The position numbers and the translations under genes were made by a program. 64,000 nucleotides of DNA. Source: Balanoglossus misakiensis. Lineage: Eukaryota > Animalia > Hemichordata. Positions 32,601 to 47,600 of this stretch are shown in pieces (position 1 is the first letter of the stretch; each line of letters starts with the position of its first letter). Location of the stretch: NCBI GenBank assembly GCA_040954595.2, contig CM082598.2, positions 1,798,001 through 1,862,000 of the forward strand, in the 5' to 3' direction. Below the pieces are notes generated by a model. The model searched no databases and was not told the DNA's origin. It saw only the letters and a program-made list of their open reading frames with translations.

Positions 32601-35600
32601 ATTTTTAAAAATAAACTCATACCACGCTGTCGGATCTGTTACACCAACGGTGTTCCCAACAGGCATCTATAGCATGATCCGTGTTTCACGAAATATGATC
32701 GAATAGTTTCAAAGTAGACGCCCAGGTTAGAAGGTCCTCCATGATTGTACCGGTCTCTCGCGCGAGAATGCGGTCTTTCCTCGTTATAAAAAGCCCAGAA
32801 TCGTCATATCTCATCAATTAGTCGACCCCGTGGTCTCAGTGTGTGTTGTGTATACCCGAATCTAGTAATGGACCAAAACTGCATTAAATCTCGTGCATTA
32901 TTACCACATACTGAGTTATTGCCAAGGATGTTCCTTTTAATGTCCATCTGTTCGCATTGAATACCATTAGACAGATTTAAAGGTAAAATATATTTTTGAT
33001 GAAAAAATACCGACGGGGTATATTACAGAAAAAATCTAAATGGTCATACGCGTGAGTTTGTTTGTACTGGCAGTCGAATCCAATCATTTGTGGGGGTTAA
33101 CAATTACGTCATGCCATAACACATACATCTTTTCGCGTTATACGCATGGGAGATCATAGGCCATGCGGCGTAACACATACTTAGGCAGTAATAGACATCC
33201 TTGAAACAGTTTTATCTTCTTTTTCGCTTTAGGATCAATTTTAAAAATTCTTTATTTTGTTGTTTCTGTAAAATCGCAGAGTTAACAAAGGAGATTATTG
33301 AAAAAATCTGTCATCAATTCCGCAATCACTATATATCATGATGGAAAAGACAGGAGATAGGGCCTAAGCTTATCTTGTGATAAGAGTGAATCGAAGTTTT
33401 TTCTTGACGTATCGTGTTGCCACATGAGTTGCTTAGGCTAAGTTTACAAATTCCCTATATTCGTCACAACGACCTTTAGTTGCACCCCTGCCGTGACATG
33501 TTGAATAGTTAGAGAACAAAAATTCAGATGTGACGTAAAGTTATCAAAAGACTGCACCAAACCGTAAGCAAGTGTAACATTTCTGTAATGTATCTCACTA
33601 AAATTTAGTTTTAGTAGATTTCGGTAATCAAAAGTCACTCTATACAACCATTTTCACATTTACTGCTCAAAGGTTCTTATCAGAACGACTTGCCAACACA
33701 TATCGGTTTTAATTGAAAGGGAGTGCAATAGGTCATTAACGACAAAGTGCACATGGTCAGCTTGCCTGATTTTAATATGACACATAATGACATTCATATT
33801 TGAGGCTGTTTGTTTTTAAACCATGATGGTAATTCCTTGTATCTCTGACCCAGGACAGTTATACCTTATCTTGTTCACGTCCAAAGTTTCATGAAAAATG
33901 GGTTAGGTTAGATGGCACATATATGTCCATATACCCTACATTGTTCACAACCAACATTAAATGGAAAATGGGTTTGGTCAAATGGCACATGTGTGTCCAA
34001 ATATAAAATATTTGAAAGTGAAATGCCTGTACAAATATCAACTCTTTTGAAATTGAATTGTCAGTTTGCTTTAATGACGATATCGATCACCCATACTGTT
34101 CATTAGTTTGCAAAGTGGCAGTGAAGGTTGAATATGCAGAAATGTAGAGCTGGACAATTTTTTCTGAGGTCCGTCGCTGAAGTGCCATGTGCCTTAAACA
34201 CACAAACTGTCATTTATCAGCAACTGTCGGAGAATTTTGAAGAATGCTTGCAAAGGCGCAAACTGAGTAATCCCATGGTTAACGAGACCATCAAATAAAT
34301 ATACAACATGGAGGCTAACTATTTACAGCGTTTATCTGGAAAAGTGCGACTGGCTGCAGCTGTTTATGTGTTATTCAATCGCAAAGGTTTCGCCGACATG
34401 GCTTTGTGAAACACGCATGTTGACAGACTATGTACAGTCAAACACGAAAAAGGTAATTACTGTTCTGCAAGACTAGAAAGTTTGAAAAACAACATTATGT
34501 CCTCGCTCGTTAACTTTCAAATCGGCGATACAAAGTTACGATTTGCGTTAAACTACACCTATTCTAGTTTCATACAAAGCTTGACTTGTGTTGTCATTAC
34601 CGTTGCTACGGTAATTAACCAAGTCTCGCGCGATCTCACAATGTGCGGAAAAGGGTCTATTGAGCACAGTGGCGATGACGTGTTGAGAAAGAGAGAAACA
34701 AACCATAAGGGTTCTGATCTTAGACGGCCTCCTATCAAACGTGACAATTCACTATTCAACTGTGATCAAGATGAATGCGCTATGTAAAAGAGATCTGTCG
34801 TCAATTACGCCCATTCTTAACTGAAAATGAGTCGTGAATTATGTATCTCGTACGAAATTTCACACACTGTGTCTGCTAAAAAGTACTACGGAACCTTAAT
34901 TGCAGGTCTGCATGTTCGTTCATGTTCATTCCGCATAGAAATAGACGCTTATATATGGGCAGTCTGCACTTGGAATGAAATGCCTAAATTAAACATCAAA
35001 TTCCCAGCGCGTTAAGTCATAAGGTTGCAACGTTTATAGAACAAGTCGACAAATTCAGATGTAACATGCGGCCATTGTTGTCAGCTTTGCTAATCACAAC
35101 CAGACTCACAAAAAGGGAAAATATCTTAATGCTAATAAAAAATCTCGCCTTATTGGAATTTTGAATACCATACAACGATACAAAAGAAAACGTCAAATAA
35201 AATTCGGAATATTAACAAAAATGTAACAGAAGCTTTTATTGTTATGGAGTCCACATATGTTGAAATGTAAACACACCAACAGACGCCCCGCGCACAAATA
35301 GAAAATAAATGTATCTTAATTAGCGGCGTTAAATAGGATTAATATCTTGTTACTGGGGCGTAAATTCCCCGACATTTCACAACGGCACGAATTCAGACAT
35401 TATAAGCTGCGCATAAAACGTGATATTATTGTGGGTTTCATAATGCAAGGTTGCCTGTGTAGGGTCGTTGTGATGTGGGGCGGCTATAGTGAAGAAATGA
35501 AAAAAGTTTAATTCCGCTGAAGCAATGTTATTGCCGTGAAACACCTGATAAATATGCTGCCTATAGAAGCAGGTGGAACTTAAAAGATTCATGTTTGATC

Positions 35601-38600
35601 GTAATTTGACCTCTTTGGTTATTTTATATCGTCTGCCCACTGATAAGATCAAACGGTCTGCCGACAAGTGTTGTCGCCATGTTTTTGGTCAAAATTAATA
35701 TCCCTGGCTTTGAGTATTGGCATAGTCAAAGACGGATTTTAAAGCAGTGTCGGTCTGTATTAAGATCTATTAATAATCATCCAATAATCGATGTTTTAAT
35801 ATTATCACGTGTACGGTTTCAGCTAGGCGAATCTTCACAATGATTTCGTGAATCGAATTGTCGAGGATGTAAATGTCTCCATAGTTTTATCATGGACAAT
35901 TTCTATTAGACAGGAATAAAGATGTTCGTGTACCATCTGTAATTGAACCATAGAAATCAGACCATGACACATTAATAAGACTCATCAAACCAGTCGATAG
36001 CAGAGGAGGAGAAAAAGCATTTTCTAATTATCTTATGATCACTGCAAATTGCGTAACCATGTGTAAAAATATAACTAGCGAATAATTAACAGCAGATGGC
36101 TACAAGGAGCGGAAAGGAAGCGAGAAACGGCAAACAAGTAAATCAAAAGCAGAAACAATATTGCATAATTATTTGCAAGAGAAAATCGATTCCTGAAAAT
36201 AAATAAAGTAATTGAATGAAGCTATGCAGATTGCACCAATTAGGCGAGAATGGGATCATGTCGCTTTCTGACAATTTTGCAATCCGTAGGCCCTACAGCG
36301 CCCTGTAACAGATGGAGCAAATGGTCTATTCACGATGATACCGACTCTAGAAAATATTTATCTGTGGCTTTTGTGTCGCCACTGAATTCATAAACACGTA
36401 GAAAACCGAAGCCAAGCCTGACGCATATCAAATGTGTCCTCAGCTCTTATTTGCTTGAAAGTGTCGCAACGCTGTGAAAATCACGTTTTATGAACGTGAA
36501 CAGGTGGTGGAAATCGATGAGTAAACTTTTCGTGTGCAGATACAACCGCCTGTAATAACCTTTATTTATACTGAATGCATGACTCAAAATTGTGCTTGCT
36601 TGCTTGCTTGGTAAGCAGAACTAATCGCACTTTGCGTAACAACTCCCAATGCCCGAGGAAGGCCGAACGCGTATGAATACACCCATGACTATTTACTTCC
36701 AAGTTTCAAGATGGCGGCCGGAGAAAAAAAGGCCCGTTTACCGTAAAACGGTTAGCTCCTCGGGGTTCTCTTTCTTTAACGTAAAATATGACCGACACCT
36801 GAGTTATAAATTTGACTAATATGCCAAATTTATGAGTTTGTCTATATGCATCAAGAAAAACGCATTCTCTGATAATCAATCTTAATGATCGAAACGACAG
36901 AGCCTTGAGCAAAATTTTAAAATGCGCATGCCTGGGAATTCAGTTGCGTCATGACGCACGGGGACGTCGTCATATTCATCATTCTGTCCCCGCTAATAGC
37001 CCCGTGAAACTCGTTATGTCTTCATGCCATTAATCTAAAAACAAAGTTGTCTCACGGGCGTAAAAAATGTAAATTGAAAGCAATCAGCGCGTTGGTGCGC
37101 GTCGATTAATTAAAACTTCCTGCCCACGAACGCAATCGTCGAGCAATCAAGGTCTTGATTGATGCTAATTACGTAAAATCTGTACAGTACCCGGATTGAG
37201 ACATGATCTCGCGTGCCTCGATTGTTGAGAGAACTTAATTAGCTTGAATAGGAAACACCGAATACGTTAACAATTTCTGACCACACTGAGTGTTGTATTT
37301 GAAATATTAGTCGGGTTCTGGGTGAAAGGTTGTAGTTTAATTGGCACATGAACGTCTGTTAGAGCCCATTATGAACCTGTTATCACTGATTTATGTCTGT
37401 TGATATTTCAGTCAACGACGGTGTTGCATAGAACGACACCCCGCCGTTGTGAACAAAGCCCCCTCGTCTCGACGCACCGACCTTCACAACCTTCTAAATT
37501 CCAAACCGACATTGTTGTTTTCTCTGCATAACCCTTGCGATTGAACCAATAATGGGTTTTCTATGTTCCTATTTAAGATGAATATATCACACGTTTTCAA
37601 TTTTATGCCAGGGGCTTAAAGCGTAACCGCGTTTAATTCCTGACACCTGTAAATTCATTCACCCGTATTCAAAGCTAATTACAAAAAGAAATTTGGTTTC
37701 GGATGTAAATATTTTATGAATGTCACCCTCAGATTAACCTTATGTACTGATTTTCATAAGATATGCCTATCTGTGGCGTTCCGCATATTCGTGTATTTGA
37801 ACTTGTAAAACAAATATTAATAACGTGCATTCATGTTGAACACCTGCTCAAACATTTGAGTTTCCTTCATTAAAAAAATTAATTATCCAGTCACAATTCT
37901 AGAGTCAGAGGAGGCAGAAACAGTACATTATTTCTTCCATAATATATGCTTCTTCATTCCTTATTCGAAACAGATTAAAAATCGATGTTCGTCTTCACTC
38001 TAAAATCTGACAGTGAACGAATTTCCAGGCATATGAATTTGCGGTTGTTGTAAATTTAGGTGTTTACCAGTATCTACTCGAAGTACCAAATGTAAACATA
38101 CGCACACTGAGTCTCTATGCAGATTGATCGCTTTTGCAATCCTTGTCGAAGTCACCGAGCCGGTTTAAAGCTCTCTCTGGAGCCGTGAAAGAGTACAGTA
38201 TCTTGCAATAAAAGTCAGTGGAACGAAGGGTGTTAAATCCTGAATAAGATGGCCGTTACTTGCTTCATTCGCAGTATATGAGGTGGTTAATTTGAACATG
38301 TGTCTTCGTCTCTGAAATCGATATACACTTGCGTATAGCACTGTGACGTTTATGTGTGTACATCGTCTTGTACTACGATGCACGCATATCTTACTCGTTC
38401 TCCTCCAAGCAGTAGATCGTCTTCACAAGACATACAACAGAATAGTGGTCCTTACAATGGGTCAATGTTTAGAGTGTATTGGGTTTATGTTTTTCGTTAA
38501 CTCCCTCGAAGGGGAGGGGCACAATCCGCCAACTGACTTGTCAAGGTCCAATGTGATTCACGTATTACAATAATTGTGTAAGAAGACCCTTTCGGACACA

Positions 38601-41600
38601 GTAGAACCATCTACGAATGCTTAGACATCCATAGTTTGATTACGACAGAGAAAGCTTAGGATCGATTTCAGTTGGTGAAAAGATTACTTTTCCGTAGATT
38701 TCAGGGAATGCCTGTAGTTTTTTTCTGATCTTTGGTACGATTTTGTCCTACATGTCAAATGTACAGTTCGCTAAAGTTCATAAAAGAAACTGTTCTGTAT
38801 TTGCATAGGCGCCAGAAGGACGTCACGAAAGAGAACCTCTTTATCGTTCCAAAAAGGAGAAAATCTGACTTTTCATCGACTGATTAGTTATTCATCCTTT
38901 CAAGCCTAGATGTGAGCTTAACTCGGTAAATCAAGCCAATCTCGGCATACAAGCCCTGTTGATTAGCTCGGTCAATCAGCTGACGTTGAACAAAGCTGCT
39001 TAGGTAGGCTAATTAAGTGGGCGTCAGGATGACTTGGTGTTCTTTCTCGGTATGAAAAGAAAGATAAACGCGGTGTCACTCAAGAAAGCCATGATTAAAC
39101 TCACACTGTGTCAATGCATTGTCGACGTTGACGTCTTATCATGCAGGGCATTTTGGGGGAAAAGATAACCTTTTATTGATTTTTGCTAGTTGAGGAACGC
39201 AGCGAGTATTCCCGCTTCCCTTCCTTTGTGGGGTTAAGTAAGCCACTTATTGCAAACCGATACGTACATAGACCCATTCCTGTAAGAAACAGAAATACTT
39301 TTGATTGAACCTGTGATTTATGTTCAACAAAAATGTGATCTGCAAGCTTTGCAGACGTTTTACTGAAGAAATGTACCAAAGGGAAATGTTTAACTCTTTC
39401 ACCCTCAGTTCCAACTTTAGAGGTCCAACAAATAATGTAGATTTTTTCATGAGATTTCTTCTCAAAACAAGATAACAGTTCCAAACAATTGGATCGCATG
39501 TATCATCACTTTCTCCTTAAGCTGTTCCACTATACGTTGCCGTAGCTTTCGTCGGTTACCGATTAGACTAGTGGTTATCATGCACTTGTGTGCATGACGT
39601 CATTTCCGGCCGGAAGTAGGGAAACAGCCCTGCGAGATGAGTGGTATTCTGTGGGCAATTGTAACGCTTAATTATGACGAGGCGGATTTCTTCGCCAGAA
39701 AAAAAGCGGGTCGCCTTGAAAGCAACCGAGTGGTTGCACCGATGTAGTTCTCCAAATTGAATTTTCCGAAAGAATGGCTTTAATGACACCGTCAGTGGAC
39801 GAACTAGAACGTCCTTCTCGGCTAATTTTTGAAGAATTGATCCTCACGACAGAGGTTAAATATCAAGCAAACCCTCGTTCATTTTCTGAATCAAACAGCT
39901 CACGTTCTCGTTGTATCTTTTGTGCGTTTGGCCTTCAGGATATTAATGACTTTGAAGAAAATCTTTGAATCGAGTTCAGATTTATCTTATTCAAGGATCG
40001 CTTTCCAACCCATGACTTTATCTTAATAAACCGATGGCTTTGTCAAGTATATTACTAATTTTCCTTTACTTGTGTTGAAAATTGCAAAAAAGGTCGATTC
40101 CAGCTTGCTTTTGGTCACATATTCAGTGCTACCAAACTACCATTGTAAATGTCTGCATATCACAAAGGCAGCTGTTAGACTTTTAAAGGAGACAGTTCGC
40201 GTCCTTGGATGGTGGTTCTTGTAATCCATCATTTACTGATCCCTGAAAAAAGTGGATACAGTGATATGTGATGATAAGCATGTACCATATTATTGGAGTC
40301 GATTCCATCATAAGCAGTGAGACGGGGAAGTACTTCAAAGATATCGCGACTCGCGCAATGATGTCATAAAAGTTTTCTCCTGATCAGCTGTGTTGCTATC
40401 AGTTGCTCTGAGTAATCAGTTGTGTCATGACAAATCTAAGATAGCAAAAAGATCAACACGAATGACGTCACGAAAATAATGTTGTATAAAGTTTTGCAGT
40501 TTATAAGTTTCTGATGATTTCTGTTGATTTTGATGTTAGAGATTGTCAGTGTGTGTTTGAGCTTACATATGTAAAGATTTGCACAATACGAGGGCCGTTT
40601 TTGTGTATTCTCGATTTAATCCAGACATGTTTGGCGGAGGAAGGAACCGTTTTAGAAAATGTAAAGCCGATAAATATTTATTGTGACTGTGAACAGTTGT
40701 CAAATCGACGATCAAATATCCAAAACTTTCAAATTGGCTGCCCATATTGATTCGGTTGCTCAAACGAGTTCACATCCTGTGTCTTCATAAATTGGCATTT
40801 CCTGGGTGCCGCAAAACGTGCATAGGGCTTATTAACAACTCTGAAGCAATATCCAGAAATTGCGAGGAAATCGAATTCAGGAGTTAGCGGGTTCTTTTCA
40901 AGTGCAGTTTAACAGCATTTAATTCTTAACGATTTTTAAAGTCATTCGCTTTTACAGCATGGTCATAACTGATTTCACAGTTACATATCACAGTTTTTTA
41001 GTTTTCTCCCCATCTATGTGTTTGTTTCTTCCCCAAACGACGCTCGCACTTAACGCCAGCACGTCTAGTTTCCGTTCACTCTGATTTAATTAACCATTAC
41101 AAGCATTAACTTTATGGCTATTTACACCTGAAATTGATTACAGTGGAAATTCATGTTAGCAAGGCTAATCAGAATGTATTATGAAATAAATCCGAAATCC
41201 TAATTGTCTTTATTCAGAAAGGTACATTTTAATTAAGAAAACAAATGGCATTATCCGTATTTTCGATCTCGTAATGGTACAGATGTATAATCGCTCTTGT
41301 TGTACAGAAATCTTTGTTTTTTGTAAATATTATCTGTAGGCGATGCTTGGAGAGTTTTAATGGTTGCAGTGTTCCATTCAGATCAATACAATTGATTAAT
41401 GATTTGCAAGCTGTTGCCGGGATTGATTTTTTCCCCTTAATTAATAGACCGCGCAATGATCAACCGGTAAACAATAGCGGAATCATGCCATCTTTGTATA
41501 ATCCTTGCTTTTGTTAATTCCCTTGATTATCACGATGATTGTATTGTACTGGAATTGTGTTGTCATTTCTCTCCGGGAATTGACTTCATCAATCTGAAAA

Positions 41601-44600
41601 TGTGAACATGAATTGAAGTTAGCGGAAGATGATATACAGGCTTCAAGGATTTGTGGTTTTCAAAATAGTCATGTGTACACATCTCTTGTACGCCAGGGTA
41701 TCGGTCTTAGCAAGAGGGAGAATTTCTTGATTACTGTAATAAAATTCAATTAAGTGAAGTGCGCACTGGCGTGTTGTCAACTGTTATCCATGTTTAGCCA
41801 CAATTGCTTTCCCCACAATCCTTCATTTCAGAGAGTGAAGTGAAGGATCCTGGGAGGTGGCTGTACTTCTGGGTCATTATTGTCATTGCACGCTACGTGT
41901 AACTCCAAACAAATTAAACGCGTACCAGGACACCCCCTCCTGCGCTAAATTTACCCATGATGCCCAGTGAGATTTTCGAATCGTCCCTAGAATCTTGAGA
42001 AATGTCAAATCACACTACAGTTGGGGGGTCTATTAGTTGCAAGTTGTAAAACCAGTCTCAGTATTGGCTTCTTCCGGTGATAAGTCGTTTAATAATGATC
42101 CAATGTTATTCGTAAAATAAAACATATTTTCATCCTGTCTTATCCTCCATTTCCATCTATATTTAATGTTAACAGGGGAACTATAATACCCATGAAAACT
42201 TGCAAATTTAGTCAATTTTCCATGGTCTGTTCTATAACCATGGTTACAGCGTGCCTGAACAGTTGTTCTCATGAGGGGAGAAGCCAGTGTGGCTAACAGC
42301 ACACAGATCTCCCGCTCATTTTAAAGCCACTTTTTGTCGTTTATTACGCCAGACAAGATGGACATAAACATGGCATTCATGATGTAGGAGAATGCAGCTA
42401 ATACGATAAAAGCTTTCGGGCTTTGTTGTCGGTAACAGAAATCCATGTAATTGTGACTGCCACGGAAGTCTCACACTTGGAGCTTATTAAAAACTAACAC
42501 AATAACAGGACATAGTGACAACTTTATTGCTATTAAACATGTCTGAGTATAACACATTTTACACAACGTTCGCTTGCACTTTATTTACATGTAGCTAAGG
42601 CCACAGTAGCATTTTCCCCAGACAAATCGGACAATCTTAAGCAAAACGATGGGTCCATCTTAATGGCCAATTTAATGTTGAATCTCCTCGTTCAGCTAAT
42701 TTAGGACGCTATTATTTACAGCATGTCCACACGGTGTCAACCATCCATTATAATTTAATTGAAGTGACTCTGGTGACTGAATTTGCTTAAATCACGATTT
42801 ATGGAAATTATGAAACGTTGCATTACTGCAAATCGTCAATCAATTACTTCATGCTAGAGAAATGATACTTAAATGAGACAAAGGTTGGGAGAATTTCTCA
42901 GTGATTAAATGTGTATACCCTATAACCATGGATATTTTCTGTGTGCCAGAATCTTACTTACTAGTGATGTTTGAATCAGGAATAATCTCGTGTAATCGAA
43001 GGCAGAATCTGTGATATAGTTTAATTCAGCACGTATAAAACACCAGCGACATATAGTATGATTATTCGTGAACCACTGATATGTCTGGATCAGTAAACAC
43101 ATGTTAGCATCAACGCTCATGCCAGGCACTCATGTCAGTTAATGTGGATGAACTATACGTCTGAACACAGCAGACATATTGTACCATCCACGTTAGTGCC
43201 ATTTACTGTAAGTCTAGTGTCAAGAGACATTGCTTGTGAGAATACAGTTAATTTTAACGCACTTCTTGACGAGTCAAAGGAGTTCAAGCCGTATTACGGT
43301 GTCAAGAACACACTTTTAAATAGCGTCGCTCTGCCATATCGAGTAAGTGTTTCGAACTTTTAAACTGTAAGTGTTAGTATCATTGAGTCCTAAGCTCCTT
43401 ATGATAGAATGGAAACGAACAAGCCAATTGTATGATCTTACACTTTTTACTTATAACATAGCACATACATACATACATACATACATACATACATACATAC
43501 ATACATACATACATACATACATACATGCAGATGCTAGACATGTTCAATAAACCGTCTGAGCTTATATTTTGTGTTATCGATGAAAGAATTGTGCTAAGAG
43601 GACGAATCCAAGTCTTTGTATCTCGGTCACTGAGTTCTGGATTGTAAAGGAATTACAAGTGACGTCATTGGTTTATTTGATTTCACTCTGAGCCAATCTC
43701 CATTTCAAATCTGTCACTTTCAGTGTCCTTTTATGTAGTCTTTTTAATCTTTTATCTGTTGAACGATCACAAGGATACATACTTATTACGATAAGTTTAT
43801 ATAAAGGTTGTCTGTCAAATATGTATTGTATAGTTTTGTGAGCAACTCATACACCACTGTTTGACTCATTGAATCGAGGGCAACTAATGTATCTATAGTT
43901 CGATGTCCGATTGATCATTTGGTAGTCACTTCTGATTCGCTGTATGTTTGTAAACTTTCACACGAAAACCTACACTGGTCAACTCGATTACACAATGTTA
44001 GACTTTATTCAAAACAACTCCCCATGCTATCGTTGAAAACAAGGACGTGACATACATATTTGCAATCAGAGTAACTAAAAGGCATACCGTGTCTTCTTTT
44101 GATTTGATTTTACCTGGCAGTATTAGTCGGTTATATGATTTAAATAATGTTTTCGCCGGTGCAATTGGAACTCAAAACCTTCGTATAGTAGTCCAGAAAT
44201 TGCATCAACATCAAATTGCATTTAAAGCCACAGTTGGAGGCATTGGTTGGGTCTCCTGTCATTCCTTTAGTGGTCCTGCCCACATCCTGCTCACACAAGA
44301 TGTTCCATCTGAGCCGCTTGATACACTGCACTGTATTAAAACGCGTTGTGTATACTAAATCAATTGAATCGATTTCGCCTAATTTGTCGACAAACAGAAC
44401 TAACAAACGTTTAATAGTCGACATTCCCACGGCAATATGCGGATGTTTGCTCAGTAAATGTGTGACTGATTCCGACTGGTTAACGCGAGGTCTATTTAGC
44501 TCTGAAAGCGAGCGCATCCATGCTGTCAGCTTGTCAACTGAATATTTGTAATTGTCACCGCCTGTTTGACCTTTAAAGTCTTATCTGACTCAAGGAACTG

Positions 44601-47600
44601 CTATTGCAGGGAAGACAGTATGCCAATTCTAAAGTGGATATGGGTTTACTCAACTTTTAAATTACACAGAGTGTAGACACTGAGGCAACATTACACTGAT
44701 TTACAGCAGACCATGGATGCATGTTAGAATGACATAACTATATTAGTCAGTCCCAATCAATTATTAATTTATCGATAGTACTATTTGCGGACTTTGTAGG
44801 CTTTGAAGTATGGTAATAACTTTTACATTGTTTGATTGGCTGCTATGGTAGATCTCAGGAAGAAATATATCTTTAAAACCAAAAACTGACAGTCAGCTAA
44901 ATAACTAAGAAACAACCAATCAGTCAATCAGCAGGACAACTACCAAAAAACCCACCGACCAACCATCCGAATATTTATTAAAAGTAATAAAATGCTACCA
45001 TATGTCAATAAATCGATAGGGGGATCAATAAACCAACCTTCATTACCACACCCTTTGAATTTTAATTGCTCCAGGTTAAATATGGAAATATCTTTAGAAC
45101 ATTTGCCATTTGTGATAAGAAAATGTCATGCCTAACAAATGTTAGGAAACTATAGGAGAGAGAACTGTAGTAGACGCCTCTAAATGTTAGAGTTCACAGT
45201 GAATTTGGAACACATAAATTACTCAGTGGATTAAGACAGAAAGTGGATTTACCCGATCTCTTTGTGTGGAATAAGACAGGTTATGAAAGAAAAGATCTAA
45301 AATTTTCATCACCGCCCAGCCTCTCTCAAGAGGACAAAACGAAAAAATGCGATTTGGGAGCAAATCGGTTCAGACTCCTTGCGAGCATCAGAAGAATAAA
45401 ACTCCTAAGGCTGTAACATTTTTACCGTTTGCATATTACCTGTTATAATGCTTCTTTGCTTCCAGCTATGAGTATTAGACAAGGCTGCCGCTCAACGTGT
45501 GGGCTGTTTTATTCAGTCTCTGTCTCTCACACACTATTCATTTGTCTGTATAGCAATTCGTGGCGATCACAGCTAGTCCACCAGGATCGATAATGCGCTC
45601 CAATAAAATCTTGCAAATGGACTTATTATTCAAATAAAGGTACGACTTTAAAAGGAAATACAAGAAGGATTAATTTTTCCATGTGCCCTGCGGTATATGT
45701 GTAACTAATATAATTCCCGGAGTATTAAGTTTGTAATTAACTACGCATGCGCATATATTACCCAAAACCTGTGTCGCATTTCCTCGTGCATTATATATAT
45801 ACAATGGAGGTTGTGATATTGATGTTGAAGACGACTAAAGCCATGACAGAAATGGCGTGTTATTCTTTTGGTAAATTCTGTGGTCGATTGGTTAAACATG
45901 GCTTCTCGACAAATTTAGCGTAACTGTTTGTTTTAGGCGCTAAATGGACACTGTGCGAGTGTGCGTCCATTATATTAGTCCTCACAGCTGGTCAAATAAA
46001 ACCTGGCAACTGAATGTAGCTGAGTGTACAACTCTGTCGTGACGGACAAATTCCCACATCCTAGCACTAGATAAAGACTTATTGCCTATGAACAAATATT
46101 TGAAGATGACGCTGTCTGAATGAGCTCCTATGTTGCGGCACCTCTCTGATGTAATATAAGATTTTTGTTGCATATATTCACATCACAAGTGCTTACAGGA
46201 TCATTGCTTTCAGTTTTTGTTTACCATGGATATATAAATTCCACCAACCAAAGCGCAATAACTTTAGTTTACTTGCATATATTAACCGCGATGCCTAAGT
46301 AAAAACTCATTTAGCTTCAATAAGGCTTTATTACTTTATTTTTGCCACTATAATAAATTTATTTGTGATTAGGATCAGCCTGAGTGTATAGCTGTCACTT
46401 CTGAGAGTGTCTGTTAATAGCGGTACATACGTCATAAGCTGTTATTAATGCTCCTGCTAATCAAGCTATCGAACAATCATTTTCTGTTGCATTACAAATC
46501 CCTTTGTGTCATTTTATACAAACATTTAATGTTGATTTAATAACACTTGCACGACTGTTTAGTAATATATAGTTGCTCATAGTTTATGATATAATGAAGT
46601 GTTGCGCGTTTGAATGAAGTGGATGTTTTACAAAGCATAGGCAATATCATGATTATTGAATGGGAGTCATCTGTCAGCTGGGACCTTTCCCACACGACCA
46701 GTACTATGATTCTAAACACCACAACCCATAGTAGAGCCCATTGAAACAAAAAGAATTCCAATGAAACAGCAGTACTTCAGGGTTGAAATGGAATCTCGAT
46801 TCAACATCACTACTTAAATCGAACTTAATGGTGGCATTCTAAATGCTGTGCATAATCTGCGTCAATGTTTCAAATGGATGTATATTTGTAACATGTTTTA
46901 TATGGGTCTAGTACGACACCCAGAGCCAAAGCTCTGAACTTTCGTACGACATGTGGAAAGTGACTTTTGAATGGCACTAACAAAGGAGAATGTCAACTTC
47001 AGGGTCAAGGACAAACAGTACGTGGCTGATTCACTTTCAGAACGTGTTCAAGTTCAACTAGCATGTAATTACTGGGTGCGATTGCGCGTGAAGAACAAAT
47101 TCAAATGCCATTTTATTTCAAATTTACTGGTGACAGTATTTTTCACTTTTCTCCTCATATAGGATGTATGCTGAGCATGGCGATATGTGTGACGCATATA
47201 CCGTACCAGACCTTGTAACCATTAATTGCAGAGAAAGAGCTCTGTTGTTTGTTAAATTTTTCACACAATAAAATATGCTTTTGTTTTATTTTTTGTTAAC
47301 GCAGGGGTGGAGACAAACAGTGCCGAAGATCATCTCCTGCGAGACCTGTTCAGCAATTACTCAACAATTACGAGACCAGTTGACAAAGTCAGGGACACAG
47401 TATTAGTGTCGTTCTACATGGCTATTCTGCAACTCATCGATGTGGTAGGTGTCAAAATTAAAAGTATCCGCACACACCCGATACATGCATTCCTGGACAT
47501 TCCATCAAGGTTGTACAGGTATTCACTCACACACAAATTAACCCTAACATTATTCGGTCAATACCAAAACCGTTGCTTATCTGCGAGTCCAATTTGACAC

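Noticed and set aside
37325-37370. tRNA-like ggttgtagtttaattggca
   Set aside because: There is no T-loop (GTTCRA), no acceptor-stem partner and no cloverleaf.
44047-44551. Overlapping 103-125 aa ORFs in receptor intron 1
   Set aside because: No recognisable domain, no coherent splice signals, and non-ATG starts.
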